Assembly: GCA_963555755.3 (NCBI GenBank)
Contig: OY820905.2
Span: forward strand, 1,952,001 to 2,016,000
DNA from: Nitrospirales bacterium
GTDB taxonomy: Bacteria > Nitrospirota > Nitrospiria > Nitrospirales > UBA8639
DNA length: 64,000 nt
Direction of reading: 5' to 3'
The stretch's first letter is position 1. Each line of letters opens with the position of its first letter. Below, piece after piece: positions 10,179 through 19,428 of this stretch. The position numbers and the translations under genes were made by a program. A model generated the notes under the pieces. The model was not told the DNA's origin, ran no database searches, and was given only the letters and a program-made list of their open reading frames with translations.

Positions 10179-12756
10179 CAATGGCATTCGGTTTGGTTCG
10201 AACGAACAATCTGCCTTCTCTGTTATCAGCGGAACTGGTTGATTGATCAGGGCTTCTGAACCGAAGTCGCCCTGGTGTCCTTTTTCGCTTGACTTCTTTT
10301 CCGTCTTCTGAGAGACTATCCTCGATGAAGACTGTGGACACCTTACCCAAGACGACCTTTAGCGGGCGGCGGTTCACCCGCAAGCAGTTGGCGCAGGTCC
10401 AAGAAACCGTCCAGCTGTTCCCCCACCTGAGTCGGAAGGAATTGGCCCTCACCGTCTGTGAGCATCTCAGCTGGACCACGCCGACGGGCCACAACAAGAT
10501 TCATTCCTGTTTGACCTTGCTGACCGAGCTGGAAGCGCACGGGATCGTGACTCTGCCGGCCACGCGCCACAAGCGCGCGCCGGGACACCCCATCCCTGCG
10601 TTTCACGAGCCGCCCCCCACCGAGCCACTCACCGACACCCTCGCCGCCGTGGCCCCAATTACCCTGCACCGGGTGGTCTCGAAAGAGGAACGCGAGAGCT
10701 GGAAAGCCTACCTGCAGACCTATCATTATTTGGGCTATAAACACCCGATCGGGGCCCAGCTGGGCTATCTGGTGAGATCGGCCGCCCAGCCGTACCCGCT
10801 GGGCTGTCTGCTGTTTTCGGCCTCGGCCGCCTGGGCGCTGGCCCCCAGAGATCACTGGATTGGCTGGGACGTGACGCACCGGAGGAAGCTCCTGCCATTG
10901 GTGTTGCGCAATGATCGGTTTTTGATCTTTCCGTGGATTGACGTGCCGAATCTCGCCAGCCATGTGCTGGCGCGGGCCACCAAGCAGATCGGGGACGACT
11001 GGGTTGAAGTCTACGGTTATCGCCCGGTGCTGATTGAAACGTTCATCGATCCCTCCCGGTTTGCCGGGACCTGTTATCGAGCGGCCAATTGGCACTTCGT
11101 GGGCTACACCGAGGGGCGCGGGCGGTTTGGCTCAACGTCGGACCGTCCACCCACGACAAAAGAGATTTTTCTCTATCCGCTCCAACCCGACTGGCGCGCG
11201 TGCCTGACTGCCGGGCATCGAGCCGTCACGGTGAAGACACGCTATCGCAACGACGTGCGAGCCAGTCGCACACGGTCCGTCGGGGAAGGGTTTGTCGCCT
11301 GGTGGAAACAGGTGGTCCACATCCTCCACGACGTGGCGGCCCAGTACGATGACCAGTGGCGCGTCCGGAAACGGGTGATCGATTCCCTGATCCTGATGCT
11401 GTTGATCTTTCGGTTGGTGTCGTCAACCAACTCCCAAAGTTACGGCACCACCATTGATGACTTGTGGGACAGTTGCGACAACCTGGCGCTCGCGCTCCCG
11501 CAACCCCACAGCATCGCGCCGGCGTCCTTTTGTGTCGCACGTCGCAAACTGGACGAAGCCATTTTCCAGTCCGTCAACCGGAACATTCTGGACGCCTATG
11601 CCCCACACGACTCCAACGACACCTGGTTGGGCCATCGGGTGTTTGCCGTCGATGGCTCCAAGCTTACACTGCCCCGCGCGTTGCGGGCGTGTGGCTACCC
11701 CTTGCCCTCTGACAATGCACACTATCCTCAAGGGTTGCTGAGTTGCCTCTACCACCTCACGTCGCAAGTGCCCTGGGATTTCGACCTCGTCGCGCATGGC
11801 AACGAGCGACGGTGCGCCCTGCGGCACCTGGCTGTGCTGAAGCCCAACGATGTCGTGGTGTACGATCGAGGCTATTTCTCCTACGTCCTGCTGCATCAGC
11901 ACTGGACCGCCGGGATCCACGCCGTGTTTCGTCTCCAAGACAGCGGGTTCAAGGAGATTCAAGAGTTTTTTGCCGGCCCGGACACCGACACCACGGTCAC
12001 CCTCTTCCCCGCCGCACGCACGCAACGAGACATCCGGGCGGTCTATCCTGATCTCGCCATCATCCCGTTGAGCCTGCGGCTTCTGAAATATGAGATGGCC
12101 GGCAGCCGATTTTGCTTGGGCACCACCCTGGTCGGCCCCCAGCAGCGGTATCCGCTCCAGGAGTTCATGGATCTCTACCATGCCCGTTGGGGCATCGAGG
12201 AACTCTACAAGGTGAGCAAGCGCCTGTTCCTCATCGAGGAGTTTCATGCCAAAACCGAGCGCGGCGTCAAACAAGAGCTCTTCGCGCATTTCGTCCTGAT
12301 CACCATGAACCGGCTGTTCGCCAATCGGGCGGACCACGCACTCAATCCCGAAGCCCCCGCAGCTGAGCCCATGGCCCCTCCCGGATCGTCCATAGTTGGA
12401 ACCGGCACCGGGGCGAGGCGGACATTCAAGACCAACTTCAAACATTGCCTTCACGTGTTTGCGCGAAGCTTCGAAGATCTGCTCGTGCTCCATGCTCGGA
12501 TGCAGACCGCCGTCCAACGGGCCTTCGAGTCCATTGTGAGTCACTACCAACGGGTGAGGCCGGGCCGATCCTATCCTCGAACATCCATGAAACCGGAGTC
12601 CACGTGGCATCCACCCAAAAAGAACAGCCAGTCCAAGAACCCCACAGGGTCGATGGCCTCTATCTGAAAGTCCCTTAAGCACATGGAATCCGTTTCTTAA
12701 ACGAATGAGCCAAATCCTTAAACGAATGCCGCCCATTCCTTAAACGAATGCCATTG
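10179..12756 (+). mobile_element. IS4-family element carrying a DUF4338-fused transposase
   Basis: TIR CAATGGCATTCG/CGAATGCCATTG; 10-bp target duplication CCCTCCGGGT at 10169-10178 and 12757-12766. Confidence 0.92.
10325..12667 (+). CDS. DUF4338 (DruA-like) domain + IS4 family DDE transposase fusion
   Basis: N-terminal YHYLG, RDHWIGW, RFLIFPW, NLAS, ETFID..RFAGTCYRAANW; C-terminal AVDGS, YDRGY, YHARWGIEELYK (IS4 YREK). Start ATG 10325 or TTG 10289. Confidence 0.88.
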   Translation: MKTVDTLPKTTFSGRRFTRKQLAQVQETVQLFPHLSRKELALTVCEHLSWTTPTGHNKIHSCLTLLTELEAHGIVTLPATRHKRAPGHPIPAFHEPPPTEPLTDTLAAVAPITLHRVVSKEERESWKAYLQTYHYLGYKHPIGAQLGYLVRSAAQPYPLGCLLFSASAAWALAPRDHWIGWDVTHRRKLLPLVLRNDRFLIFPWIDVPNLASHVLARATKQIGDDWVEVYGYRPVLIETFIDPSRFAGTCYRAANWHFVGYTEGRGRFGSTSDRPPTTKEIFLYPLQPDWRACLTAGHRAVTVKTRYRNDVRASRTRSVGEGFVAWWKQVVHILHDVAAQYDDQWRVRKRVIDSLILMLLIFRLVSSTNSQSYGTTIDDLWDSCDNLALALPQPHSIAPASFCVARRKLDEAIFQSVNRNILDAYAPHDSNDTWLGHRVFAVDGSKLTLPRALRACGYPLPSDNAHYPQGLLSCLYHLTSQVPWDFDLVAHGNERRCALRHLAVLKPNDVVVYDRGYFSYVLLHQHWTAGIHAVFRLQDSGFKEIQEFFAGPDTDTTVTLFPAARTQRDIRAVYPDLAIIPLSLRLLKYEMAGSRFCLGTTLVGPQQRYPLQEFMDLYHARWGIEELYKVSKRLFLIEEFHAKTERGVKQELFAHFVLITMNRLFANRADHALNPEAPAAEPMAPPGSSIVGTGTGARRTFKTNFKHCLHVFARSFEDLLVLHARMQTAVQRAFESIVSHYQRVRPGRSYPRTSMKPESTWHPPKKNSQSKNPTGSMASI

Positions 12757-12913
12757 CCCTCCGGGTCCCTCCGCCTCCGCCCGGAATAAGATGGCGAGGG
12801 AACTCGCTCCGCTCAAACAGCCCTCGCCGAGAGGCCGATTCGGGGCTGCGGCTCCGCCGCACCCAACGCGGAGCCCCAAGAACGAAGCAGGAATTGAAGG
12901 AGCAACCTTTGAT

Positions 12914-13050
12914 TGTCATTTCGAGCGAAACGAGAAATCTCTCCCCATTGCCGAACGAGAGATTTCTCCCAAGAATCGAAATGGCAAAGGAGGGGTTTAA
13001 ATGACAGAGGGAAAAACCTGGATTCCCGATTACTACTGTCGAGAATGACA
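12914..13050. repeat. REP-like palindromes (GTCATTTCGAGCG..AGAAATCT / GGATTCCCG..GAATGAC types)
   Basis: Inverted pair at 12914-12986; related units at 13018-13050, 24118-24149 and 50378-50457. Confidence 0.65.
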
Positions 13051-13120
13051 GAAAAGATTAACAGGCCTCGACTTAACAAACCTTTTTCACGCATTCAAAA
13101 TATAGAAATGTCCCTTCTCT

Positions 13121-13500
13121 GCCGCCTTCGTGCGCGGCGGAGCCGGAGCACCGAATCGACTTTTTGGCGAAGGCTGTTTGAGCGGAGCGAGTTCCTGAGC
13201 CATCTTAGGGTTCGCGCAAGAACAACTTCCCCTGTTTGGATGTCGATCCATCCTGTCTGGCGGCGTTGCTCGTCCTTTCCATACGAGGAGTATGCGCAAT
13301 CCTCTCGCCTTGCCAAACAGGCGTCTCACCACCCAAACAGGGGAAGTTGTTCTTGCGCGAACCCTGATTCGGTGCGGAGGCGGAGGCATCCCGGAGAGCC
13401 TGCTTCGGAGCAGGGTCGGAGGGACCGCGAACGGGCGAAAATGGTTTTGGGCACTTTTGCCGAAACAAAAGGGACTCGTCGCGCGGGGACGACACCCCGC
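13121..13500 (-). repeat. family D repeat interrupted by family A MITE
   Basis: Matches 55673-55866 with an insertion at the TTA of gagccatcTTAttcgg. Confidence 0.85.
13208..13364. mobile_element. 157-bp MITE, family A
   Basis: ~33-bp TIR GGGTTCGCGCAAGAA(T/C)AACTTCCCCTGTTTGG; six copies, all 157 bp. Confidence 0.85.
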
Positions 13501-13510
13501 TATTAATAAA

Positions 13511-13987
13511 TCACTCCTCTACCCAAGACACTGGGTCACCAACAAGGATCTCCCCATCATCCAAGACCTCACCAAACGCGCCACCGGCCCAAGATTCCGC
13601 CATGGCCTGTTGCAAGCCAGGCAAAGTCTCCTCCATCCGTTCACAGGGTTTCGTCTCGCCTAACATCCTGATTCGGCACCGTCCGATCAAAAGAATTTGC
13701 TTGCGGCATTGAGTGAGACTCAGGCCACTGATCAACAAATTGGCACGCCGAGCAGACGGAGATAAAGGACCTTGCACTTCACGCATCAATCGATCCCACA
13801 CCTCACGCTCAATGATGGTGACCTGACGCCGACCCCCTTGGTTCGCATTCCCCACCAAACCAGCATCTCGTTCCAGCGTGGCATGTTCCACCGAATCCAT
13901 GGGCCCACGCTTCATTCGCTTGATCCAGATGGCTTCAAGTTTTCCCGATAGTGGTTGGACTTGTTCACCTGAAAAAAGATCCAACAC
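13511..13987 (-). CDS. MOSC domain-containing protein
   Basis: RQVTII, RRANLLISG, ETKPCERM, GEILVGD. Confidence 0.88.
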   Translation of the reverse strand: MLDLFSGEQVQPLSGKLEAIWIKRMKRGPMDSVEHATLERDAGLVGNANQGGRRQVTIIEREVWDRLMREVQGPLSPSARRANLLISGLSLTQCRKQILLIGRCRIRMLGETKPCERMEETLPGLQQAMAESWAGGAFGEVLDDGEILVGDPVSWVEE

Positions 13988-14085
13988 GCACCTCCGATCT
14001 CACTTGATTTTATTCATAGCCTATTCAATCATTGCACTCCAATAGTCAATCAAAGTTCCCAATAAGCCACGCATCGTCAAGGGGA

Positions 14086-14232
14086 GGGAATGTTCAGAAA
14101 AGCATGCCCTGAGTCTTTCCGAAGGGTCTCGTCCAGCAAGGCCGCAGCCCTTTTGACGCGCGGAGCGTACTCTCAGTACGTGAGCACGGCAAAAGGGCGA
14201 GAACGCCGCTGGCGGCTTTTTTCAACATTCCC
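14086..14232. repeat. MITE family B copy containing an empty IS110 target (14102-14115)
   Basis: TIR gggaatgtt/aacattccc; internal GCATGCCCTGAGTCTTTCCGAAGG. Confidence 0.85.
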
Positions 14233-14383
14233 ATTCACGCGAATCCCACTGAGGGTGTCCCAGCGGGGTTATGTCTACATTTCTCACAGAATTTTTGACT
14301 CAACCCAACTTGGAGTTCTATATTGTCTTATGAGAACCGATCACAGGCAGGGACACTGTATCGCAGATCAGGCACGGAGGGAA

Positions 14384-14914
14384 ATGGTGAGTCGCGCAAG
14401 AACATGGATACTCGCCACGGCATGTGCTATGGGCAGTCTCGTCTTCCCAGCCACTGTCGTGAGAGCCGAACACCCCACGCTCACTGATACCCCCTTTGAA
14501 CAAATGAAAACCCTCATCGGCACATGGCAAGGTACCAGAAAAGCCTATGATGGTGAGGAAACCATCACCGCACGATATGTATTGACGGCAAAAGACAGTG
14601 CCGTGATGGAGAAATTATTTCCAGGCACCTCAAAAGAAATGCTGTCGATATATACACAAGAGGGCCACACTCTGGTGATGACGCATTATTGCATGCTCGG
14701 CAATCAGCCTCGAATGAAAACCCATGGGCAGACCCCATCAGACACCATTACCTTGACCTACTTTGATGGGACCGGCATGCGGTCCATGGATGATATGCAC
14801 ATGCATGAACTGACCATCACCTTCATGGATGAAAATCATATGACTCACCATTGGACCCTGTTCGACAAAGGGCAAAAAAAAGTGGCCCACACCTTCATGT
14901 TCATTAGGCAATAA
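14384..14914 (+). CDS. putative secreted protein of unknown function
   Basis: GGAGGG RBS before ATG 14384; signal peptide ending VRA; THYCMLGNQPRM and HMH motifs. The ORF-track 5' extension derives from the repeat. Confidence 0.7.
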   Translation: MVSRARTWILATACAMGSLVFPATVVRAEHPTLTDTPFEQMKTLIGTWQGTRKAYDGEETITARYVLTAKDSAVMEKLFPGTSKEMLSIYTQEGHTLVMTHYCMLGNQPRMKTHGQTPSDTITLTYFDGTGMRSMDDMHMHELTITFMDENHMTHHWTLFDKGQKKVAHTFMFIRQ

Positions 14915-15018
14915 TTCAGAAAGCTTGATCATTCACTCCCTCTCAATCAACCCAATAACCGTTCACCGTCCTTCTCCATTTAGGACTTCTCTATTCAACA
15001 CATGGCTCTGGCCCACTG

Positions 15019-15825
15019 ATGAAAACCGAACTTGAAGTTGCCTTGGAAGCTGTCCACCGCGCGGGAACACGTGTCTTACAACTTGCCGACCAAGGATTCG
15101 AGACACATCGAAAAGCTGATCACTCGCCCGTAACATCAGCCGACCTTGCCGCCAATGACATCCTTCGGGAAACCCTGATGAACCGCTTCCCCAACGATGG
15201 CTGGATGTCCGAAGAAAGTCCCGATACGCCGGAACGTCTCAACACATCTCGTGTATGGATCATCGATCCCATCGATGGCACTTCGTACTTTATAAAAGGT
15301 GTGCCGCAATATTCCATTTCCGTTGCCTTGGTGGAAGACCATCAACCGATTCTCGGGGTCGTGTACAATCCAGCCACGGAGGAATTATTTTCGGCTGAAA
15401 AAGGAAAAGGGTTATACTTGAATGGGAAACCAGTCGAAGTCGATCAATCGGTCAGCGAACGTTTAACGATCCTCGTCAACCCTTCTCGTTTGGACCGTCA
15501 CGAGTTCACCATTTTCAAAGATCTCGCCACCCTTCAACCGATGGGATCTATCGCCTATAGTTTAGCACTCGTTGCTGCGGGGCAAGCCGATGGTACAATC
15601 AATTTTGACCCATTACACGAATGGGATATCGCGGCAGGCTGGTTGTTAGTCCACGAAGGCAAGGGCATGGCAACAGACTCTACGGGAAACCCCCTCCGAT
15701 TCAATCAACCCGACCCCATTTCTCGCGGAATCCTTGCGGCGCGGTCCGGCGCAGGAGAACCCTTTGACGCACTAGTTGCAAGACGTCTAAAAACCCAGCC
15801 TGAATCCCCCCCTACAAGGAAATAG
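15019..15825 (+). CDS. inositol monophosphatase family / CysQ-like phosphatase
   Basis: SPVTSAD, SEE, WIIDPIDGT, EWDIAAG. Confidence 0.9.
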   Translation: MKTELEVALEAVHRAGTRVLQLADQGFETHRKADHSPVTSADLAANDILRETLMNRFPNDGWMSEESPDTPERLNTSRVWIIDPIDGTSYFIKGVPQYSISVALVEDHQPILGVVYNPATEELFSAEKGKGLYLNGKPVEVDQSVSERLTILVNPSRLDRHEFTIFKDLATLQPMGSIAYSLALVAAGQADGTINFDPLHEWDIAAGWLLVHEGKGMATDSTGNPLRFNQPDPISRGILAARSGAGEPFDALVARRLKTQPESPPTRK

Positions 15826-16318
15826 ATTCAACAAGAGACCAGTCCCGCAGATGAAGGGATTCGGCTCGAATGAGTTTCAATTCATTCGCAAGAAATGTTT
15901 TGGGAAAATCAACAGGGAGGGAAGCGATGACCTCTCGCTTCGCAGTTTCGGGAAAGAGGCCATACAGCAAACTAACATGTGGACGAAAGGGTGACACAGG
16001 CGTTTTGCCGAAGATCAATTTTGCCTCCTCATGCGCGTCACGAATTTCTGGCGTGTCTTTCACGGTGAAATACACACAGCGAAAATATTCGTCTTCATAG
16101 GTAGGTTGTTGGAGGTGAACCACAAAAGGAGTGAGCCTTTTTGCCAACTCAATGACTTGTTCAGAGAGAATGGATTCCTCTCCTTCGAGTTCTCCCAAGA
16201 GCGTGATATGGGGTTCAAATTTTGGTCCTCGATACTGATCGCTTAAAGTATTGATAAGGTTGGCAAGGCGATTACGGGAATCTCCATTTGGCGTGAGCCA
16301 CAAATGGTACTGAGTCAT
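15812..16318 (-). CDS. 2H phosphoesterase (cyclic phosphodiesterase / 2'-5' RNA ligase family)
   Basis: Two HxT/S motifs: PHITL and PHVSL. Confidence 0.85.
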   Translation of the reverse strand: MTQYHLWLTPNGDSRNRLANLINTLSDQYRGPKFEPHITLLGELEGEESILSEQVIELAKRLTPFVVHLQQPTYEDEYFRCVYFTVKDTPEIRDAHEEAKLIFGKTPVSPFRPHVSLLYGLFPETAKREVIASLPVDFPKTFLANELKLIRAESLHLRDWSLVESISL

Positions 16319-16998
16319 TCTTCTTGCTCTCCTAACGCTTCAATACACCGAGGGTCGTCAAATCGTGCGTTATTGACTAAACGACTCACCGGATTCGCCA
16401 CCATTTCTTCAGCCGGATAGGACACGAGAAGGGTTGCCAGCCGCACCACATCTTGTTGGTCCGGATCGAGCCAATCATCATACGCATCCGGATTCAAAAT
16501 AACCGGCATGCGGTTATGAATAGGCGCCATCAACGCATTGGGTTCGGTCGTCAACAGGGCACATGTTTCAATCGTTTTTCCATCAGCACTCGCCCAATGA
16601 TCCCACAGACCGGCAAAGGCAAACGGCCTTTCGCTTTTCAAGCGAATATAGTACGGCTGTTTGACTCGGCCCTCCTTCTGCCATTCATAAAAGCCATCCG
16701 CCAGCACCAGGCATCGCCGCTGTTTGAACGACTTCCGAAATGATGGCTTCTCTGCAACGGTCTCTGCCCGAGCATTAATCAACTTCATCCCAATGGCGGG
16801 ATCTTTGGCCCAAGATGGAATGAGTCCCCAGCGTAATATGCTTCCTTCGCGCGTTGTCGAACCAGATGTTATTCTTACACAGGCCACGAGTTGCGATGGT
16901 GCAATATTGTATCGAGGTTTAAGGTCCGATAATTCCTCAAAGTGGAATTGATCAGCCACGACATCAGGTGTAGTTTTTAACGTGTACCGCCCGCACAT
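16315..16998 (-). CDS. SOS response-associated peptidase (SRAP/HMCES/YedK family)
   Basis: N-terminal MCGRY, RYNIAPSQ, INARAET, FYEW, IHNRMPVIL. Confidence 0.95.
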   Translation of the reverse strand: MCGRYTLKTTPDVVADQFHFEELSDLKPRYNIAPSQLVACVRITSGSTTREGSILRWGLIPSWAKDPAIGMKLINARAETVAEKPSFRKSFKQRRCLVLADGFYEWQKEGRVKQPYYIRLKSERPFAFAGLWDHWASADGKTIETCALLTTEPNALMAPIHNRMPVILNPDAYDDWLDPDQQDVVRLATLLVSYPAEEMVANPVSRLVNNARFDDPRCIEALGEQEE

Positions 16999-17099
16999 AG
17001 GATAAACTTGCTCCTGTCATTCTCCATCAATATGTAATGGATTCACCCCGAAAAGGACTCTAAAAAAGAACGGCGGCAATCTCAAGAAGAAATGGAGAC

Positions 17100-17663
17100 A
17101 TGCTTATGAATAGATCATTCCCTTCCCTCAATCGGCAACATGTCATGGTGGCCTGTCTTATTGGGTTTTTTCTATTCATTTGGGTGCCATCTTATCTCCA
17201 CGCCCAAACCGGCATCCCTGCCCCAGACATCTCCAACGAAGTCTGGCTCAATTCCACACCACAACAAAAAATGAAGGATTTACGCGGCAAGGTTGTCATA
17301 GTCGAGTTTTGGACCTTCGGGTGCTACAACTGCCGCAACATCGAACCCTACGTCAAAGAGTGGCATGCCAAGTACGCGGACCAAGGCTTGGTCGTCATTG
17401 CCATTCATTCGCCGGAGTTTAGCTTCGAGCGATCCATCAACAGCGTCAAGGAATATATCGACGAGCATGAGATTCAGTATGCCGTGCCGATTGATAATGG
17501 GTTTGAAACCTGGAGGAACTATCGGAATCGCTATTGGCCTACACTGTACCTCATCGACAAACAGGGAGTCATTCAATATGTCAAAATTGGCGAAGGTGGG
17601 TATCCGGAAACGGATCGACAGATCCGCCGGCTCCTGGCAGAAAACGATTCGCCGTCATCCTGA
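17100..17663 (+). CDS. redoxin (DipZ/TlpA-like) exported thiol-disulfide oxidoreductase
   Basis: FWTFGCYNC, HSPEF, RYWP, GEGGY. Confidence 0.88.
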   Translation: MLMNRSFPSLNRQHVMVACLIGFFLFIWVPSYLHAQTGIPAPDISNEVWLNSTPQQKMKDLRGKVVIVEFWTFGCYNCRNIEPYVKEWHAKYADQGLVVIAIHSPEFSFERSINSVKEYIDEHEIQYAVPIDNGFETWRNYRNRYWPTLYLIDKQGVIQYVKIGEGGYPETDRQIRRLLAENDSPSS

Positions 17664-17717
17664 TGGACGAAGTCGCTCATGTCTCGGGCCAAGACAACCC
17701 AATATATTCCATTCGCA

Positions 17718-18932
17718 TCACTCATCACGTTTCACTTTCGAAAGAAGAGTCGCCGGCTGAATGGCTTGATCACCGAAACGGGATCGGATCGCATCCACCG
17801 CTTTCGTGACTTGGGCTTTGGGTTCCTCAGCTGAAGAAAACAGTGCCAATTGGCGAGAGCCCTCGGGCTTGAGAAAATTGGACCCCGCAACCCCTAATAA
17901 CCGGGCTTTCTCATTGGCGCAGGGCAGACGAGCGAGTAACGTGAGCGCCACGTGATACATAATCGAATCCTGGTCCGTTGGTTCCTGAAGAGTGATCGAA
18001 CGAGTGTAGGTCTGAAATTTCGAGGTGCGGAATTTCAATGTCAGAGTTTTGGCTTGCACACCCGCTGTCCGCAAACGACTCCCTACCCGTTTCGCTAATT
18101 CCAAGATGGTTTTGTGAATCATCTGAATCTCTGACGTATCGTTTTCAAACGTCGTTTCCGCACCAATGGATTTTTCCGGTTTCTCTGGTGCCACCTCGCG
18201 AGCATCAACCCCATTCGCCAATTCCCACAGATGCTTTCCTTGTTTTCCTAACCACGTCGAAAGGTCTGCACAGGATGCCTCGGCCAATTGCCCAATGGTC
18301 TCATACCCGCGACGACGAAGCAGATTCGCCGTCTTCGGACCGGCCCCCCACAACCGTGTAATCGGCAGGTCATGAAGAAACGCGCGCGCCGTGCCATCAG
18401 GCACGATGACGAACCCTTGAGGTTTCTGAAGATCCGATGCCACCTTCGCGACAAATTTCGTGGTCGCCACACCGACCGAGGCATTCAAATGCACTTCCTC
18501 CCAAATGTCTCGTTGAATTTGTGCACCAATGGCTTGCGGAGTGCCAAATAGACGAAGGCTTCCTGTCACATCAAGAAACGCCTCATCCATACTCAACGGT
18601 TCAACCAAATCCGTATAGCGGCGAAAAATGGAAAAAATGTGCGAGGACACTTCTTGATACCGCGCCATCCGAACAGCCAGGAAAATGCCGTGAGAACACC
18701 GACGATACGCCTGCCCAATGGGCAAGGCCGAATGAATACCAAACTCCCGCGCCTCATACGAAGCCGCAGACACCACACCCCGCCCCTTGCCCTCCTTGGG
18801 ATCCGCACCGACAATCACCGGCTTCCCACGAAATTCTGGATGATCACGCTGCTCCACGGATGCATAAAACGCATCCATATCCACATGGATAACCCAGTGA
18901 GTCGGCTGTTCAGTATGAGGGCCTTGTTCCAT
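17718..18932 (-). CDS. dinB: DNA polymerase IV
   Basis: HVDMDAFYASVE, SYEAREFG, SMDEAFLD, ASDLQKP, KSIGAETTF. Confidence 0.95.
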   Translation of the reverse strand: MEQGPHTEQPTHWVIHVDMDAFYASVEQRDHPEFRGKPVIVGADPKEGKGRGVVSAASYEAREFGIHSALPIGQAYRRCSHGIFLAVRMARYQEVSSHIFSIFRRYTDLVEPLSMDEAFLDVTGSLRLFGTPQAIGAQIQRDIWEEVHLNASVGVATTKFVAKVASDLQKPQGFVIVPDGTARAFLHDLPITRLWGAGPKTANLLRRRGYETIGQLAEASCADLSTWLGKQGKHLWELANGVDAREVAPEKPEKSIGAETTFENDTSEIQMIHKTILELAKRVGSRLRTAGVQAKTLTLKFRTSKFQTYTRSITLQEPTDQDSIMYHVALTLLARLPCANEKARLLGVAGSNFLKPEGSRQLALFSSAEEPKAQVTKAVDAIRSRFGDQAIQPATLLSKVKRDE

Positions 18933-19006
18933 GACACGCATTGTAGGCTCAGGAGAGAAAAACCAAAAGAGGGGAGCAATCGATGAGGAAAACTAATCAA
19001 CCCTTA

Positions 19007-19185
19007 GGGCCTGTTAAAAGATAACCTGCACAAAATCGCCCCTGGATTTGGGTCGATTTGGACGTAACGATTGAGAAAAAGCCGAGACATTGCACCGCCA
19101 TGTTGAGGCTTTTTCGATTGAGGCGCGTTCAAAGGTGACCCGAAGATGGGATGGGATTTTGTCCAGGTTATTTTTTAACAGGCCC
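19007..19185. mobile_element. ~180-bp MITE, family C
   Basis: TIR GGGCCTGTTAAAA; TTA on both flanks; further copies at 26986 and 46986. Confidence 0.85.
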
Positions 19186-19428
19186 TTAGTTGGAACTGGG
19201 TGGCTCAGGGAAGAGCCGCCATTCGACTATTGACCGGCGGGATAATTCCTGGCGTTTCTGTAGTTTGAGATGAAATTGCCAAGCATAAAATTCCTGATTT
19301 TCCTGGAAGGTCTCCAGGAACTTACTTTCATGCTTGAAATCGTTTTTGACAGTCGCAATGGGAGTCTTCGGAACCATGACTCATTATAGCACATCCTTCC
19401 TCATTCATCAGCCCCTTAACCGCATTCT

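Larger units (their letters stand above)
10094..12870 (+). repeat. family D repeat split by IS4 insertion
   Basis: 5' half at 10094-10178, 3' half at 12757-12870. Confidence 0.8.

Noticed and set aside
10325..11250. Druantia defence system
   Set aside because: Only the DruA-like domain is present, inside IS elements; there is no DruE helicase or other dru gene
11423..12736. 437-aa minus-strand ORF
   Set aside because: Antisense shadow of the GC-rich IS4 transposase
12813..13663. Recurrent ORFs containing RARITSPVW / GSRKNNFP (also near 23300, 26100, 37500, 40500, 42200)
   Set aside because: Translations of MITE family A and D DNA, not a protein family
19186..19377. 63-aa ORF between MITE C and ISAs1
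   Set aside because: No recognisable family; possibly a remnant
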